From NCBI GenBank assembly GCA_963832165.1, contig CAWHTE010000011.1, forward strand, positions 480,001 to 544,000: a stretch of 64,000 nt of DNA, in the 5' to 3' direction. The position numbers and the translations under genes are program-made. Shown here piece by piece: positions 25,956 through 36,007 of this stretch (the stretch's first letter is position 1; the number at the start of each line of letters is the position of its first letter). The notes under the pieces are model-generated. The model was not told where the DNA came from and searched no databases. It was given only the letters and a program-made list of their open reading frames with translations. This DNA comes from an uncultured delta proteobacterium. Its GTDB lineage: Bacteria; Myxococcota_A; UBA9160; SMWR01.

Positions 25956-27212
25956 ATGAGCAAGCCCGAACCGATCGCGCCAGCGGGCGCTCCGGAGGAC
26001 GAGCCCGAGCCGGTGGCCGAGCCCGCCCCGGAGGCCGAAGCCGCGCCCGCCGCGGAGGAACGCGACCGCCGGCTCTGGGTCGATGACGGTGGCGTCCGCC
26101 GACCGTTCATGCGCGGGATCATGATCCACTCTCTGATGGCCCGGGGGTTGCCGTTCGAGGAGGCGAACCGCGTCGCGAACACCGTGCGCGACCGGCTGCG
26201 CCCGCGCGGGCTGGTCGACAAGCCCGCGATCCTCGAGGCGCTCCGCGAGCTGCTCGACGCGAGCCTGTTCGAGGCCGAGAGCCGCCTGCCGATCGCCCCG
26301 GAGATCACGGTGAAGGGGGCGCGCCGGCGCGGCCAGCCGTTCTCGAAGGGCGTGCTCTCGCAGTCGCTGCTCGCGGCCGCGATCGACCCGAACGATTCGT
26401 TCGAGGTGGCGCGCGACATCGAGCGCGAGCTGCTCCGGCGCGGGCTCACCGAGATCGACCGGCGCGAGCTGCGCCGGATCACGCACGCCACGATCGAGCG
26501 GCGGCTCGGGCCCCGCTCCGCGCGCCGCTATCTGGTGTGGCGCCACCGCGCGTCCGTTCAACGCCCTGTGATCCTGCTGCTCGGCGGCGCGGCCGGTGTC
26601 GGCAAGACCACGCTCGCGCTCGAGGTCGCGCACCGGCTCGGGATCGGCCGCGTGCTCTCGACCGATTCGATCCGCCAGATCATGCGCCTGATGCTCTCGC
26701 AGGATCTCGTCCCGGCGATCCACGGATCCTCGTACAACGCCTACACCCACTTTCCGCCCGGCGCGCTCGGCGACGATCCGCTGCTCGAGGGCTTCCGCGC
26801 CCAGGCGGCGACCGTCGCGGTGGGCGTGCGCGCGTCGATCGAGCGCGCGATCGACGAGAACGCGAGCACGGTGATCGACGGCGTCGCGCTGTTCCCGGGC
26901 GCGTTCGACCTCGCGCTCTACAGCGAACGCGCCGATGTGATCTTCCTCGTGGTCGCGGCGCTCGACCGCGACTCGTGGGCCGCGCGCTTCTCCTCGCGCG
27001 AAGCGGGCGAGAGCCAGCGCCCCGCGCACGAGTATCTCGCCAACCTCGACAACATCCTGCGCATCCAGGATCAATTCCTCGAGGCCGCGGAGCGCCACGG
27101 CATCCCGATCGTCGTGAACGACCGCCTCGACCGCGCCGTGCTGCTCGTGATCCGACACCTGACCGAGTCGCTCGGCAAGCGGCCCGACTTCGACGCGCGC
27201 GCGCTGCTGTAA
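25956..27212 (+). CDS. 2-phosphoglycerate kinase-like P-loop protein with two ATP-cone-like domains
   Basis: RPFMRGIMIHSL and QPFSKGVLSQSL; RRYLVW; LLGGAAGVGKTT; STDSIRQIMR; HGSSY; NILRIQD. Confidence 0.8.
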   Translation: MSKPEPIAPAGAPEDEPEPVAEPAPEAEAAPAAEERDRRLWVDDGGVRRPFMRGIMIHSLMARGLPFEEANRVANTVRDRLRPRGLVDKPAILEALRELLDASLFEAESRLPIAPEITVKGARRRGQPFSKGVLSQSLLAAAIDPNDSFEVARDIERELLRRGLTEIDRRELRRITHATIERRLGPRSARRYLVWRHRASVQRPVILLLGGAAGVGKTTLALEVAHRLGIGRVLSTDSIRQIMRLMLSQDLVPAIHGSSYNAYTHFPPGALGDDPLLEGFRAQAATVAVGVRASIERAIDENASTVIDGVALFPGAFDLALYSERADVIFLVVAALDRDSWAARFSSREAGESQRPAHEYLANLDNILRIQDQFLEAAERHGIPIVVNDRLDRAVLLVIRHLTESLGKRPDFDARALL

Positions 27213-27272
27213 TCCTCCGCGGCTGCACTCGCCGGCTGTATAGTGGGACTACCTCGTGCGCAGGAGTTCCCG

Positions 27273-28682
27273 ATGCCCACTCCGCCGGATCCGACCACGC
27301 TGGGAGCGCTCCGGGCTTCGGGCTATCGCGCTCGCACGGTGCGCGAGGAGCTGCGCGTGAACCTGCTCGCGAAGATGGCGAGCGGCGCGCCCGTGTTCAC
27401 GGGCGTGATCGGCTACGAGGAGACGGTGGTGCCTGCGGTCGAGAACGCGCTCTTGTGCGGTCACGACCTGATCTTCCTCGGCGAGCGCGGTCAGGCGAAG
27501 ACGCGCATGATCCGCCAGCTGACCGGACTGCTCGACGAATGGGTGCCCGAGGTCGCGGGCAGCGAGATTCACGACGACCCGACCGCGCCCGTGTCGGCGT
27601 ACGCGCGCGCGCTCGTCGCCGAGCGCGGCGACGCGACGCCGGTCACGTGGGTGCACCGCGACGACCGCTACGTCGAGAAGCTCGCGACGCCCGACGTGTC
27701 GGTCGCCGATCTGATCGGCGACGTCGACCCGATCAAGGTCGCGCAGGGCCGTTCGCTCTCCGACGAGCTGACGATGCACTTCGGACTCGTGCCGCGCACG
27801 CACCGCGGGATCTTCTGCATCAACGAGCTGCCCGACCTCACCGAGAAGGTGCAGGTCGGCCTGTTCAACGTCATGGAAGAGCGCGACGTGCAGGTGAAGG
27901 GCTACCGGATCCGCCTGTCGATCGACGTGCTCGTCGTTGCGAGCGCCAACCCCGAGGACTACACGAGCCGCGGTCGCATCATCACGCCGCTCAAGGACCG
28001 CTATGCGGCCCAGGTGCGCACGCACTACCCGCGCACGCCCGAGCTCGAGCTCGAGATCGTGCGCCAGGAGGCCGAGCCGCCGCGCGCCGACGGTGTCGTG
28101 GTGGTGGTGCCGCGCTTCATGGAGGACGTGATCGCGGAGCTCACGTTCCAGGCGCGCTCGAGCCCGGACGTGAACCAGGCGTCGGGCGTGTCGGTGCGAC
28201 TCTCGATCGCGAACTACGAGACGCTCGCGGCCAACGCGCTGCGCCGCGCGCTGCGACTCCGCGAGTCGGCCGCGGTGCCGCGCATCTCGGATCTCGACGC
28301 GCTCGACACCAGCACGCTCGGCAAGATCGAGCTCGAGTACGCGGGCGGCGAGCGCAGCGAGGGCGACGTGGTGCGCGAGCTGCGCAAGCGCGCGTGCAAG
28401 CGCGTGTTCGACCGCATCGTGAGCGCGGAGGCGGCCGCCGAGGTGGCGCGCGCGTTCGACGACGGCTGGAAGGTGGAGGTGTCGGCGCAGATGCCGTCGC
28501 GCGAGTACCTCGCGGGCCTCGACCAGATCGCGTCGCTGCGCGAGGCGGCGGCGAAGCTCGCCGGCTCCGAGGAACCTGCCGCGATCGCCTCCGCGATCGA
28601 GTTCCTGCTCGAGGGGCTCCATCTGTCGAACAAGCTCAACAAGACCGAGCGCGAACACGGCGCGCGCTACGCGCGCTCGTGA
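27273..28682 (+). CDS. Mg-chelatase ChlI/MoxR-like AAA+ ATPase
   Basis: LGERGQAKTR, EKLATPD, INELPDL, ANPEDYTSRGRIITPLKDR. Confidence 0.9.
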   Translation: MPTPPDPTTLGALRASGYRARTVREELRVNLLAKMASGAPVFTGVIGYEETVVPAVENALLCGHDLIFLGERGQAKTRMIRQLTGLLDEWVPEVAGSEIHDDPTAPVSAYARALVAERGDATPVTWVHRDDRYVEKLATPDVSVADLIGDVDPIKVAQGRSLSDELTMHFGLVPRTHRGIFCINELPDLTEKVQVGLFNVMEERDVQVKGYRIRLSIDVLVVASANPEDYTSRGRIITPLKDRYAAQVRTHYPRTPELELEIVRQEAEPPRADGVVVVVPRFMEDVIAELTFQARSSPDVNQASGVSVRLSIANYETLAANALRRALRLRESAAVPRISDLDALDTSTLGKIELEYAGGERSEGDVVRELRKRACKRVFDRIVSAEAAAEVARAFDDGWKVEVSAQMPSREYLAGLDQIASLREAAAKLAGSEEPAAIASAIEFLLEGLHLSNKLNKTEREHGARYARS

Positions 28683-30182
28683 AATCGAGCGTCTACAGCC
28701 GCTGGGACGGCAGCCAGGACGAGTTCCGTCTCGACGCCGAGCGCGCGCTCGACGCGCTCTCGAACCTGATGATGGAGGGCCTCGACGCGCGCGAGGCGCT
28801 CGAGTGGATGCGCCAGCACGGCTTCGAGCTCGCGGGCCTCGACATGCGTGTGATGGGGCTCTCGGAGCTGCTCGAGGAGATCCAGGAGCAGATCCGGCGA
28901 GGCGCGCGCCGATCTCGCGCGGCGCTTCGAGGAATTGCTCGACCGCGAGCAGGAGCGCCTGCGCGAGAACCACGGCTTCGAGTCGGAGCGCATGAACGAG
29001 TTCAAGCAGCGCCGGCACGCCGACGCGAAGGGCCTCGCCGAGGCGATCGCGCAGTTCTCCGACTATCGCTTCGAAGACGAGGACGCCGCGCGTGCCTATC
29101 GCGAGCTGCTCGAGATGCTCGAGCGCATGCGCGCGATGGAGCAGCTGGCGCGCGACATCGCCGAAGGGAACCTCCAGGAGATCTCACTCGACCAGCTGCG
29201 CGAGATGCTCGGCGAGGACGCGATGCGGTCGCTGATCTTGATCCGCGACCTCGAGTCGACGCTCGAGCGCGCGGGCTATCTGCGCGGCGGAGATCCGCAG
29301 CTCACGCCGCGCGCGATCCGCCGGATCGGCGCGCACGCGCTCGCCGAGGTGTACGCGGCGCTGCGCCGCGACCGGCCCGGCGCACACGAGACCGACGCGC
29401 GCGGCGCCGCCTTGCCGCGACCCGACGAAGTGAAGCCGTTCGAGTTCGGCGATCCGCTCGACCTCGACGTCGTGCGCACGCTGATCGATGCCGTGAAGCG
29501 CAACGCGCGAGCGGCGCCCGGGCGGCCCATCCCTCTGCCGGTACCGCTCGAGGTCGAGGACTTCGCGCTGCGCGAGCGCGACTACAACACCCAGACCACC
29601 ACCGTGCTCCTGCTCGACATGAGCTGGTCGATGTCGTGGGCCGGCCGCTTCCCGGCCGCGAAGCGCGTGGCGCTCGCACTCGATCACCTCGTGCGCACGC
29701 GCTTTCCGCGAGATCATTTCTTCGTGGTCGGTTTCTCGACGCGAGCGCGAGAGCTCTCGCCGAGCGAGCTGCCCGAAGTCTCGTGGGACATGGGCGACCC
29801 GTTCACCAATCTGCAGGAAGGGCTCATGATCGCGGAGCGGCTGTTCGCGAAGCACCCGTCGGCGAGCCCGCAGGTGCTCGTGGTGACGGACGGGCAGCCC
29901 ACTGCCTACTACGCCGGCAAAGAGCTGCATGTCGAGTGGCCGATGGGCTTTGGCGGCGTGTCGCCGCACGCGGTGGCCGAGACGATGAAGCAGGTGCGGC
30001 GCATCACGCGTCAGGGCGTGACGATCAATACCTTCATGCTCGACGACTCGCCGGAGCTGGTCGGATTCGTGGAGCGCATGACGCAGGTCAACCGCGGACG
30101 CGCGTTCTTCACGAGCCCCGAGGCGCTCGGCTCGTTCCTGATGGTCGATTATCTGCGCGGGAGCCGGAAGCGCCGGCGCTGA
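28679..30182 (+). CDS. VWA-domain partner protein, frameshifted near 28900
   Basis: N-terminal YSRWDGSQ in one frame; MIDAS LLDMSWSM, FTNLQEGL, VTDGQPTA in another; span is 3n+1. Confidence 0.8.
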
Positions 30183-31759
30183 TGAGACCGCAGGACACCG
30201 CGCGCCGGATCGGGGAGGGCGCCGTGCGCTGGCTGCGGCGCACGGCCGCGCGCCGCGCGCTGCCGCGCGCGGGCCCGTTCTGGGTTTCGCTCGAGCTGCC
30301 GTCGCCGCTGCACGACGTGCCCGGGCGCTTCGCAGCCGAGCGCGCGCGCACACTGCTCGGCGTGCTCCAGACGCTCGAGGCGATCGCCGACGAGCCGCGC
30401 GCGCACGGGATCCTGCTCACGCTGCGCGGCGCGCCGGGTGGGCTCGCGGCCGCGCAGTCGCTGCGCCGCGCGCTCGAATCCGTGCGCGCGCGCGGGAAGT
30501 CGATCGTGGCCTGGGCGGAGAGCCTCGATCTCGTGTCGCTGTACGTCGCGTCCGCAGCAGACCAGATCTGGATTCCGGAGACCGGCCGCGTGTACGCGGT
30601 GGGGCTCCGCGCCGACGCCTTCTACCTGCGCGATCTGCTCGCGCGTTTCGACGTCCGCCCCGAGGTGGTGCGGATCGGCACGCACAAGAGCGCGGGCGAG
30701 ATGTTCACGAATCAGAGGATGTCGGACGAGCAGCGCGAGCAGCTCGACGCGGTCCTCGGCGACGAATTCGACGCGCTCGTCGAGGGGATCGCGGCCGGCC
30801 GGCAGCAGAGTCCGGCGCACGTGCGCGCGTGGATCGACGCCGGCCGCTACACGGCGTCGGCCGCGCGCGAGTCGGGGCTCGTCGACGGCCATGCCTATCG
30901 GGACGAGCTCGAGGATCGCCTGGGTGACTGGAGCTCGGAGCGATCGTCGGCGCCGGGCCGGCCCGAGCTCGTGGACGCGCGCTCGCTCTGGGCACTGCGC
31001 GCGAACGCGCGCGCGAGCTTCCGCGCACCGCCGCCGCGGATCGCGGTGCTGTTTGCGAGCGGGACGATCTCGCGCGGCGATCAGGGGCGCGGAATCGCGT
31101 CGCGTGCCGCAGAGGAGATGCTCGCCGCTCTCGCGCGCGATGCGCGCGTGCGCGGCGTGGTGCTGCGGATCGACAGCCCCGGCGGCGACGCGCTCGCGTC
31201 GGACCTGCTCTGGCGCGCCGTGCGCGCGCTGCGCCGCGAGAAGCCGGTCGTGGCGTCGCTGTCGGAGGTCGCTGCGTCTGGCGGCTACTACCTCGCTTCC
31301 GCTGCGGATTGCGTGATCGCGGAGCGCTCCTCGATCACCGGATCGATCGGTGTGATCGGTGGGAAGCTCGACCTGTCCGGTCTGTTCCAACGGATCGGAC
31401 TGGGACACGACTCGGTCGAGCGCGGCGCGCGCGCGGGCATGCACAGCGCCGCACGCGGGTTCACGGACGACGAGCGCGAGCTCGTGCGCAGCGAGATGGG
31501 CGCTCTCTACGAGACGTTCGTCGCGCGCGTGGCGGAGGGGCGCGGCCTCGCGGCCGCGGCCGTGGAGCGCGCGGCACAGGGGCGCGTGTTCACGGGCGGT
31601 CGCGCGCTCGCTCTCGGCCTCGTCGACGCGCTGGGCGGCCCGCTCGAGGCGCTCGCCGAAGTGCGCCGGCGCGCGGGTCTGCGCCGCGCCGAGCCCGTGC
31701 TCGTCGACCTGCACCCGCGCGTCTCCGCGCTGCGCGCGCTCACGCGCTGGCTCTCGTGA
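30182..31759 (+). CDS. sppA: Signal peptide peptidase SppA (two-domain S49)
   Basis: GTHKSAGE, LRIDSPGG, AASGGYY, TGSIGV, QGRVFTG, GLVDALGG. Confidence 0.9.
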   Translation: MRPQDTARRIGEGAVRWLRRTAARRALPRAGPFWVSLELPSPLHDVPGRFAAERARTLLGVLQTLEAIADEPRAHGILLTLRGAPGGLAAAQSLRRALESVRARGKSIVAWAESLDLVSLYVASAADQIWIPETGRVYAVGLRADAFYLRDLLARFDVRPEVVRIGTHKSAGEMFTNQRMSDEQREQLDAVLGDEFDALVEGIAAGRQQSPAHVRAWIDAGRYTASAARESGLVDGHAYRDELEDRLGDWSSERSSAPGRPELVDARSLWALRANARASFRAPPPRIAVLFASGTISRGDQGRGIASRAAEEMLAALARDARVRGVVLRIDSPGGDALASDLLWRAVRALRREKPVVASLSEVAASGGYYLASAADCVIAERSSITGSIGVIGGKLDLSGLFQRIGLGHDSVERGARAGMHSAARGFTDDERELVRSEMGALYETFVARVAEGRGLAAAAVERAAQGRVFTGGRALALGLVDALGGPLEALAEVRRRAGLRRAEPVLVDLHPRVSALRALTRWLS

Positions 31760-32409
31760 TGTCGCGCACGATCAAGACCGACATCCCGGGAATCGACTGG
31801 CGCGTCTCGCTCGACGAAGTGCGCGAGCAGGGCTTCGAGAAGATCTTCGCGGGGCGCGTCGCGCATCCGCTGCCGCTCGTGGTGGAGATCGGCTTCGGCC
31901 GCGGGGAGTTTCTGCTCGAGCTCGCGCAGCGCGAGCCGGAGCAGGCGTTCGTGGGCATCGAAGTCTCCTACAAGCGCGCGCTCAAGATGACGCGCCGGCT
32001 CGCACGGCTCGAGATCGCGAACGTCGCGCTCGTCGAGGCTCGCGCCGAGGAGGTGCTGCGCGACGCGCTCGCGGACGCGAGCGTCGCCTGCTTCTGGCTC
32101 AACTTCCCGGACCCGTGGCCCAAGAAGCGCCACGCGCGCCGGCGCTTCGTGCAGCCCGATTCGCTCGCGCTGCTCGCGCGCCGCCTGATTCCGGGCGGCC
32201 TGCTGTACATCGGCACGGACGATCCCGATTACGCCGAGTGGATCGACGCCGCGCTCGCGGCCACACCCGCGCTCGAGAACCGCTATGCGCCGGACCGCTG
32301 GCGCGCCGCGGTGGACGACCGCACGCCCACCGCCTACGAGCTCGAGTGGCGCGCGCTCGGGCGTTCGTTTCACTTCTTCGAGTACGCGCGGCGGGCCGAT
32401 TCGCGCTGA
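31759..32409 (+). CDS. trmB: tRNA (guanine-N7)-methyltransferase
   Basis: EIGFGRGEF, FVGIE, NFPDPWPKKRHARRR, GTD, TAYE. Confidence 0.93.
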   Translation: MSRTIKTDIPGIDWRVSLDEVREQGFEKIFAGRVAHPLPLVVEIGFGRGEFLLELAQREPEQAFVGIEVSYKRALKMTRRLARLEIANVALVEARAEEVLRDALADASVACFWLNFPDPWPKKRHARRRFVQPDSLALLARRLIPGGLLYIGTDDPDYAEWIDAALAATPALENRYAPDRWRAAVDDRTPTAYELEWRALGRSFHFFEYARRADSR

Positions 32410-32416
32410 GCGGGGT

Positions 32417-33088
32417 TCATCCCGTTGGCGACGCAAGCGCCGCTTCACCCGGATCGTGCTCGCGCTCGAGGCGGTTCAGCGTCGTCTCGATCTCGCACCG
32501 CAGGGCCTCGGCGTCGGCGAAGCCGCTCGGATCGATCGGCGGCGCGAAGATTGCTTCGAACGTGGTGAATGGCTTCGGGATCTGGAGCCGATCCCACGTA
32601 CGCGCGAGGATCCATCGGCGCCGCGGTACGATGCACAGGACGATCACGAGGGCCCCGGTCTCCTTCGCGGTGACCGCCACCCCCAGCTGGACGTGATTGC
32701 GCGGTCCGCGCGGCCCGTCGACGGTGAAGGTGCACGGAAGCCGTGTCGCTCGTACGAACTCGATCATCTCGCGCAGAGCAGCGCGGCCTCCTTTGTTGCG
32801 GCCGACCTTGCGCGTCGAGCCCCGGAACGGGCGGATGCGGGTGAGCTTGCACAGCGGTACGACCAGATCGCCGTCCACCGAGCGCGAGATCATGGCGCCG
32901 CACTCGCGCTCGCCATGGTTCAGCGCCGCGGCGATCTGGTGCGCGTGCAGGATCGCGTGAACGTAGAGCGTTCCCGCGGCGCGCAGCGCGGGACGTGGGT
33001 CGCGCTGCGACCGCATGCGGCAGGTGTAACCCAGCGGGACGAGGACGAGTGCCACGGCCCAGGCGAGGAACCACCGCACGAGAGCCAT
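32417..33088 (-). CDS. DUF374 / lysophospholipid acyltransferase-like protein
   Basis: MISRSVDGD, RGST, GGRAAL, TVDGPRGP, TWDRLQIPKPF. Confidence 0.85.
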   Translation of the reverse strand: MALVRWFLAWAVALVLVPLGYTCRMRSQRDPRPALRAAGTLYVHAILHAHQIAAALNHGERECGAMISRSVDGDLVVPLCKLTRIRPFRGSTRKVGRNKGGRAALREMIEFVRATRLPCTFTVDGPRGPRNHVQLGVAVTAKETGALVIVLCIVPRRRWILARTWDRLQIPKPFTTFEAIFAPPIDPSGFADAEALRCEIETTLNRLEREHDPGEAALASPTG

Positions 33089-33177
33089 CGGATGCGGCAC
33101 GGCGAGATCATAGAGCGCGCCTTCTCTCGCGCAGCAATGCGTTCGCGTGTCAGCGATTCCGGCTAGGCTAGAGACCC

Positions 33178-33621
33178 ATGAAGAGAATCGCGTCGCTCCG
33201 ATCCGGTCTCCTGCTTCAGCTGGCGGTGCTGCTCGCACCCGCGGTACTCGACGCCCAGGAAGCCCCAGCGGTGGAGGCCATCACCCCCGCCCATGCCGCA
33301 GCGCAGGTGAAGGCGGGGAAGGCGATCCTCGTCGACGTGCGAGAGCGAAGCGAAATCGACTCGGGGATGGCGGAAGGCGCGCGTTGGTATCCCACGTCGT
33401 CGATCGAGTCCGATCCCGATTCGTTCCAGAAGTTCGTCGCAGCGCTTCCCGAGGATCAGACGATCGTCTTCTACTGCGCGTCGGGCGTCCGCTCCGGTAA
33501 CGCCGCGGAGATCGCGGCTCGCGAGGCGGGCCGCAAGTCGGCGAACCTGGGCGGCTTCAAAGACTGGAAGGGCGCGGGCCTGCCCGTGACGATCCCCGCG
33601 AAGACGCTCCAGCCGGGCTGA
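33178..33621 (+). CDS. Exported rhodanese-like domain protein
   Basis: Signal peptide; LVDVRE, FYCASGVRS, NLGGFKDWKGAGLP. Confidence 0.9.
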   Translation: MKRIASLRSGLLLQLAVLLAPAVLDAQEAPAVEAITPAHAAAQVKAGKAILVDVRERSEIDSGMAEGARWYPTSSIESDPDSFQKFVAALPEDQTIVFYCASGVRSGNAAEIAAREAGRKSANLGGFKDWKGAGLPVTIPAKTLQPG

Positions 33622-33624
33622 GCG

Positions 33625-34242
33625 CTACGACGGATCGCGCCCCTGGAGCATCCGGAACGTGAGCAATACGAGCGACTCGGTGAGCCGCTCGCGAGACGGT
33701 TCGCCGCGCGCGAACACGATCTCGAGCACGCCGTGCGCGAGCATGCGCCCGATCAGCCAGACGTCGGCGGCTGGATCGGGCAGCGCGATGCGGCCACCCG
33801 CCTGACGGCGCGCGAGCTGAGCCAGTTCGAAGAAGGCCTCGAGCGCGCGGAGCGTCTCGGGTGAGTTGCGCAGCAGGTGCGACTCGCGCAGCAGCACGAG
33901 GTAGAGCGCGCGGTCGGCGGCCACCGCGCGCACGATGCGCCGGATCAGCAGATCGAGAGCTTCGTGCGCGTCGAGGTCGCGGGCCTCCGCGAGCACTTCC
34001 TTCACGTGTGCGGCCAGGCGCGCGAGGCGCTCTTCGGCGAGTGCCACCACGATCGACTCGCGATTCGGGAAGAAGTCGTAGAGCGTGCCGATGCCGACGC
34101 CTGCCGCTTCGGCCACGCCGTTCGTGGTGAGCAACTCGTAGCCGCCGCGTTCGAGAACCCGAGCGCAGCCGCCCAGGATCGCGTCGTAGCTCGCCCGGGA
34201 GCGCGCCTGGCGCGGCTTCTTGCGGGGTTTCAGGTCGGCCAT
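33625..34242 (-). CDS. TetR/AcrR family regulator
   Basis: RKKPRQARS...TTNGVAEAAGVGIGTLYDFFPNRE. Confidence 0.93.
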   Translation of the reverse strand: MADLKPRKKPRQARSRASYDAILGGCARVLERGGYELLTTNGVAEAAGVGIGTLYDFFPNRESIVVALAEERLARLAAHVKEVLAEARDLDAHEALDLLIRRIVRAVAADRALYLVLLRESHLLRNSPETLRALEAFFELAQLARRQAGGRIALPDPAADVWLIGRMLAHGVLEIVFARGEPSRERLTESLVLLTFRMLQGRDPS

Positions 34243-34252
34243 GGATCCGAGT

Positions 34253-34276
34253 ATATCCGAGTGAATGCTCGGATAT
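34253..34276. promoter_or_regulatory. Putative TetR operator
   Basis: Perfect 9-bp inverted repeat atatccgag-N6-ctcggatat, plus an extra atccgagt half-site at 34245, in the 44-bp divergent spacer. Confidence 0.7.
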
Positions 34277-34286
34277 GCTAGGGACC

Positions 34287-34976
34287 ATGATCAAACGCGA
34301 ACTCACGAGTCTCGGCCTCACCAATCCCTGGAAGATCTGGCTCGCGATCCAGAACTTCGCCAAGACGGTCTGGGATCCCACGCGTTCCGACATTGCGCAC
34401 GGCATCAATTCGCTCGTGTACGAGGCACTCGCGAACGCGCCGCCGGATCGAGAGGCCGAGCTGGCGCGCGAGCATCCGGAGCTCGCGAAGCTGTTCCAGG
34501 AGGGATACGACCCCGCGCTCGAGCCCGCGCGCCTCGAAGCGCTGCCCGACGGTACGCTGGGCCGCGAGTACGCGCGCTTCATCCGCGCCAACAACATCGA
34601 TCCGCTCGGCAACCTGCTCGCGCTCTCACGGCCGAAGAACCTGCTCGAGTACGGGTTCTGGCGCGCCTACAAGCTGCACGATGTGCTCCACATCGTGCTC
34701 GACTGCGACGCCACGGTGCTCGGCGAGGTGCCGATCGTGGCCTACTCGCTCGGACAGGCGCGCTCGACGGCCGTGCGCGCGCCCGCGATGGCGCTCTGCG
34801 TGCTGCTCCTGCACATGGCTCTGCGCCGGACCGACCAGTTCCAGACGGCGGTGCGGCTGTCCGCCGAGTGGATGCGCCGCGGCGAGCAGACGCGCTTCTA
34901 CGCGACGCGCCGGCTCGAAGACTGGATGGACCGCCCCGTCGCGGAGGTGCGCTCGCTCGTGCTAGGGATGGCGTGA
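34287..34976 (+). CDS. Coq4-like protein
   Basis: LEALPDGTLGREYARF; HDVLHIVLDCDATVLGE. Confidence 0.85.
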   Translation: MIKRELTSLGLTNPWKIWLAIQNFAKTVWDPTRSDIAHGINSLVYEALANAPPDREAELAREHPELAKLFQEGYDPALEPARLEALPDGTLGREYARFIRANNIDPLGNLLALSRPKNLLEYGFWRAYKLHDVLHIVLDCDATVLGEVPIVAYSLGQARSTAVRAPAMALCVLLLHMALRRTDQFQTAVRLSAEWMRRGEQTRFYATRRLEDWMDRPVAEVRSLVLGMA

Positions 34977-35002
34977 AGCCAGCATGACGACGAGGCCCAT
35001 CG

Positions 35003-36007
35003 ATGGGTGGCGGGCCGATCCACATCCTCGACGAGATCGAGTTCGCGCCAGGGCAGCGCGCGAGCTTCCTCGTCGCGCTCGAGAAGCGCCACCGGCCGCA
35101 GGCCGAGGCCCTTGGGCTGCAGCTGCATTCGCTCCTGCTCGTGCCGCCGATCGACGTGGAAGGGATCGCGAGCCGGGCGCTCGTCCACTGGAAGCTCGAT
35201 GACGTTGCGGCGTTCTGGAGCTGGCGCGCGCGCGGCAGCGCCGATCCAGATCTCGCCGGATTCTGGGCCAATGCCGCGCCGCAGATCACACAGCGGGTGC
35301 GGCGTTATGCGGGTGGGATCGAATCCACCGGGCTCGCGCCGTTCGAACCCGCCCGAGATCCCGGAGAGGCCCGGCCGATTCCGGGTCTCGTGCGATCGGT
35401 GTGTCTGCTCACGCTGCGCGCGGGCGTCTCGGACGACGAGAGGTCGGGTCTCGAACGCGCGCTCGGATCGAACGCGAGCCTCGGCCGCAACCTGCCCGGA
35501 ACGATCAACGGCGGTGACTACACCTGGGACGTCGCGGGAGCATCCGCTGCGGCGTCGATCGAGGCTCTGCCGGGATCCCTGCGCGGTCGCGTCGCCAGAT
35601 GGGACGAGGTCGTGCTCGAGCCGATCGCGGGCGGTCTGCGCGCTCCCGGCATCGTGAGCCCGATCAAGCGCACCTTGCTCCTGCGCGTGCTTCCGAACGC
35701 TTCGCGGGCGGCAGTCGCGGAGTTCGAGCGCTCGCTGCTCGCGATGCCCGCGCACATCGGCGCGATCCGGAACTGGTGCCTCTCGCGCGCGCGCAACAGC
35801 TCGCGCTGGACCCACGTCTGGGAGCAGGAGTTCGCGGATCTCTCGGGCCTCGCCGTCGACTACATGAACCATCCGATCCACTGGTCGGTCGTCGACGGCT
35901 GGTTCCACGCCGAAGACCCGCGCTGCATCGTCGCGCCGGAGCTCGCGCACGTCTTCTGCCGCGCGCAGCACTCCGTGCTGTCGGAGGCGTTGATCAGCGG
36001 GACCTGA
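35003..36007 (+). CDS. Dabb / stress-responsive A/B barrel repeat protein
   Basis: MPAHIGAIRNWCLS, WTHVWEQEF, YMNHPIHW; several dimeric alpha-beta barrel-like segments. Confidence 0.7.
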   Translation: MGGGPIHILDEIEFAPGQRASFLVALEKRHRPQAEALGLQLHSLLLVPPIDVEGIASRALVHWKLDDVAAFWSWRARGSADPDLAGFWANAAPQITQRVRRYAGGIESTGLAPFEPARDPGEARPIPGLVRSVCLLTLRAGVSDDERSGLERALGSNASLGRNLPGTINGGDYTWDVAGASAAASIEALPGSLRGRVARWDEVVLEPIAGGLRAPGIVSPIKRTLLLRVLPNASRAAVAEFERSLLAMPAHIGAIRNWCLSRARNSSRWTHVWEQEFADLSGLAVDYMNHPIHWSVVDGWFHAEDPRCIVAPELAHVFCRAQHSVLSEALISGT

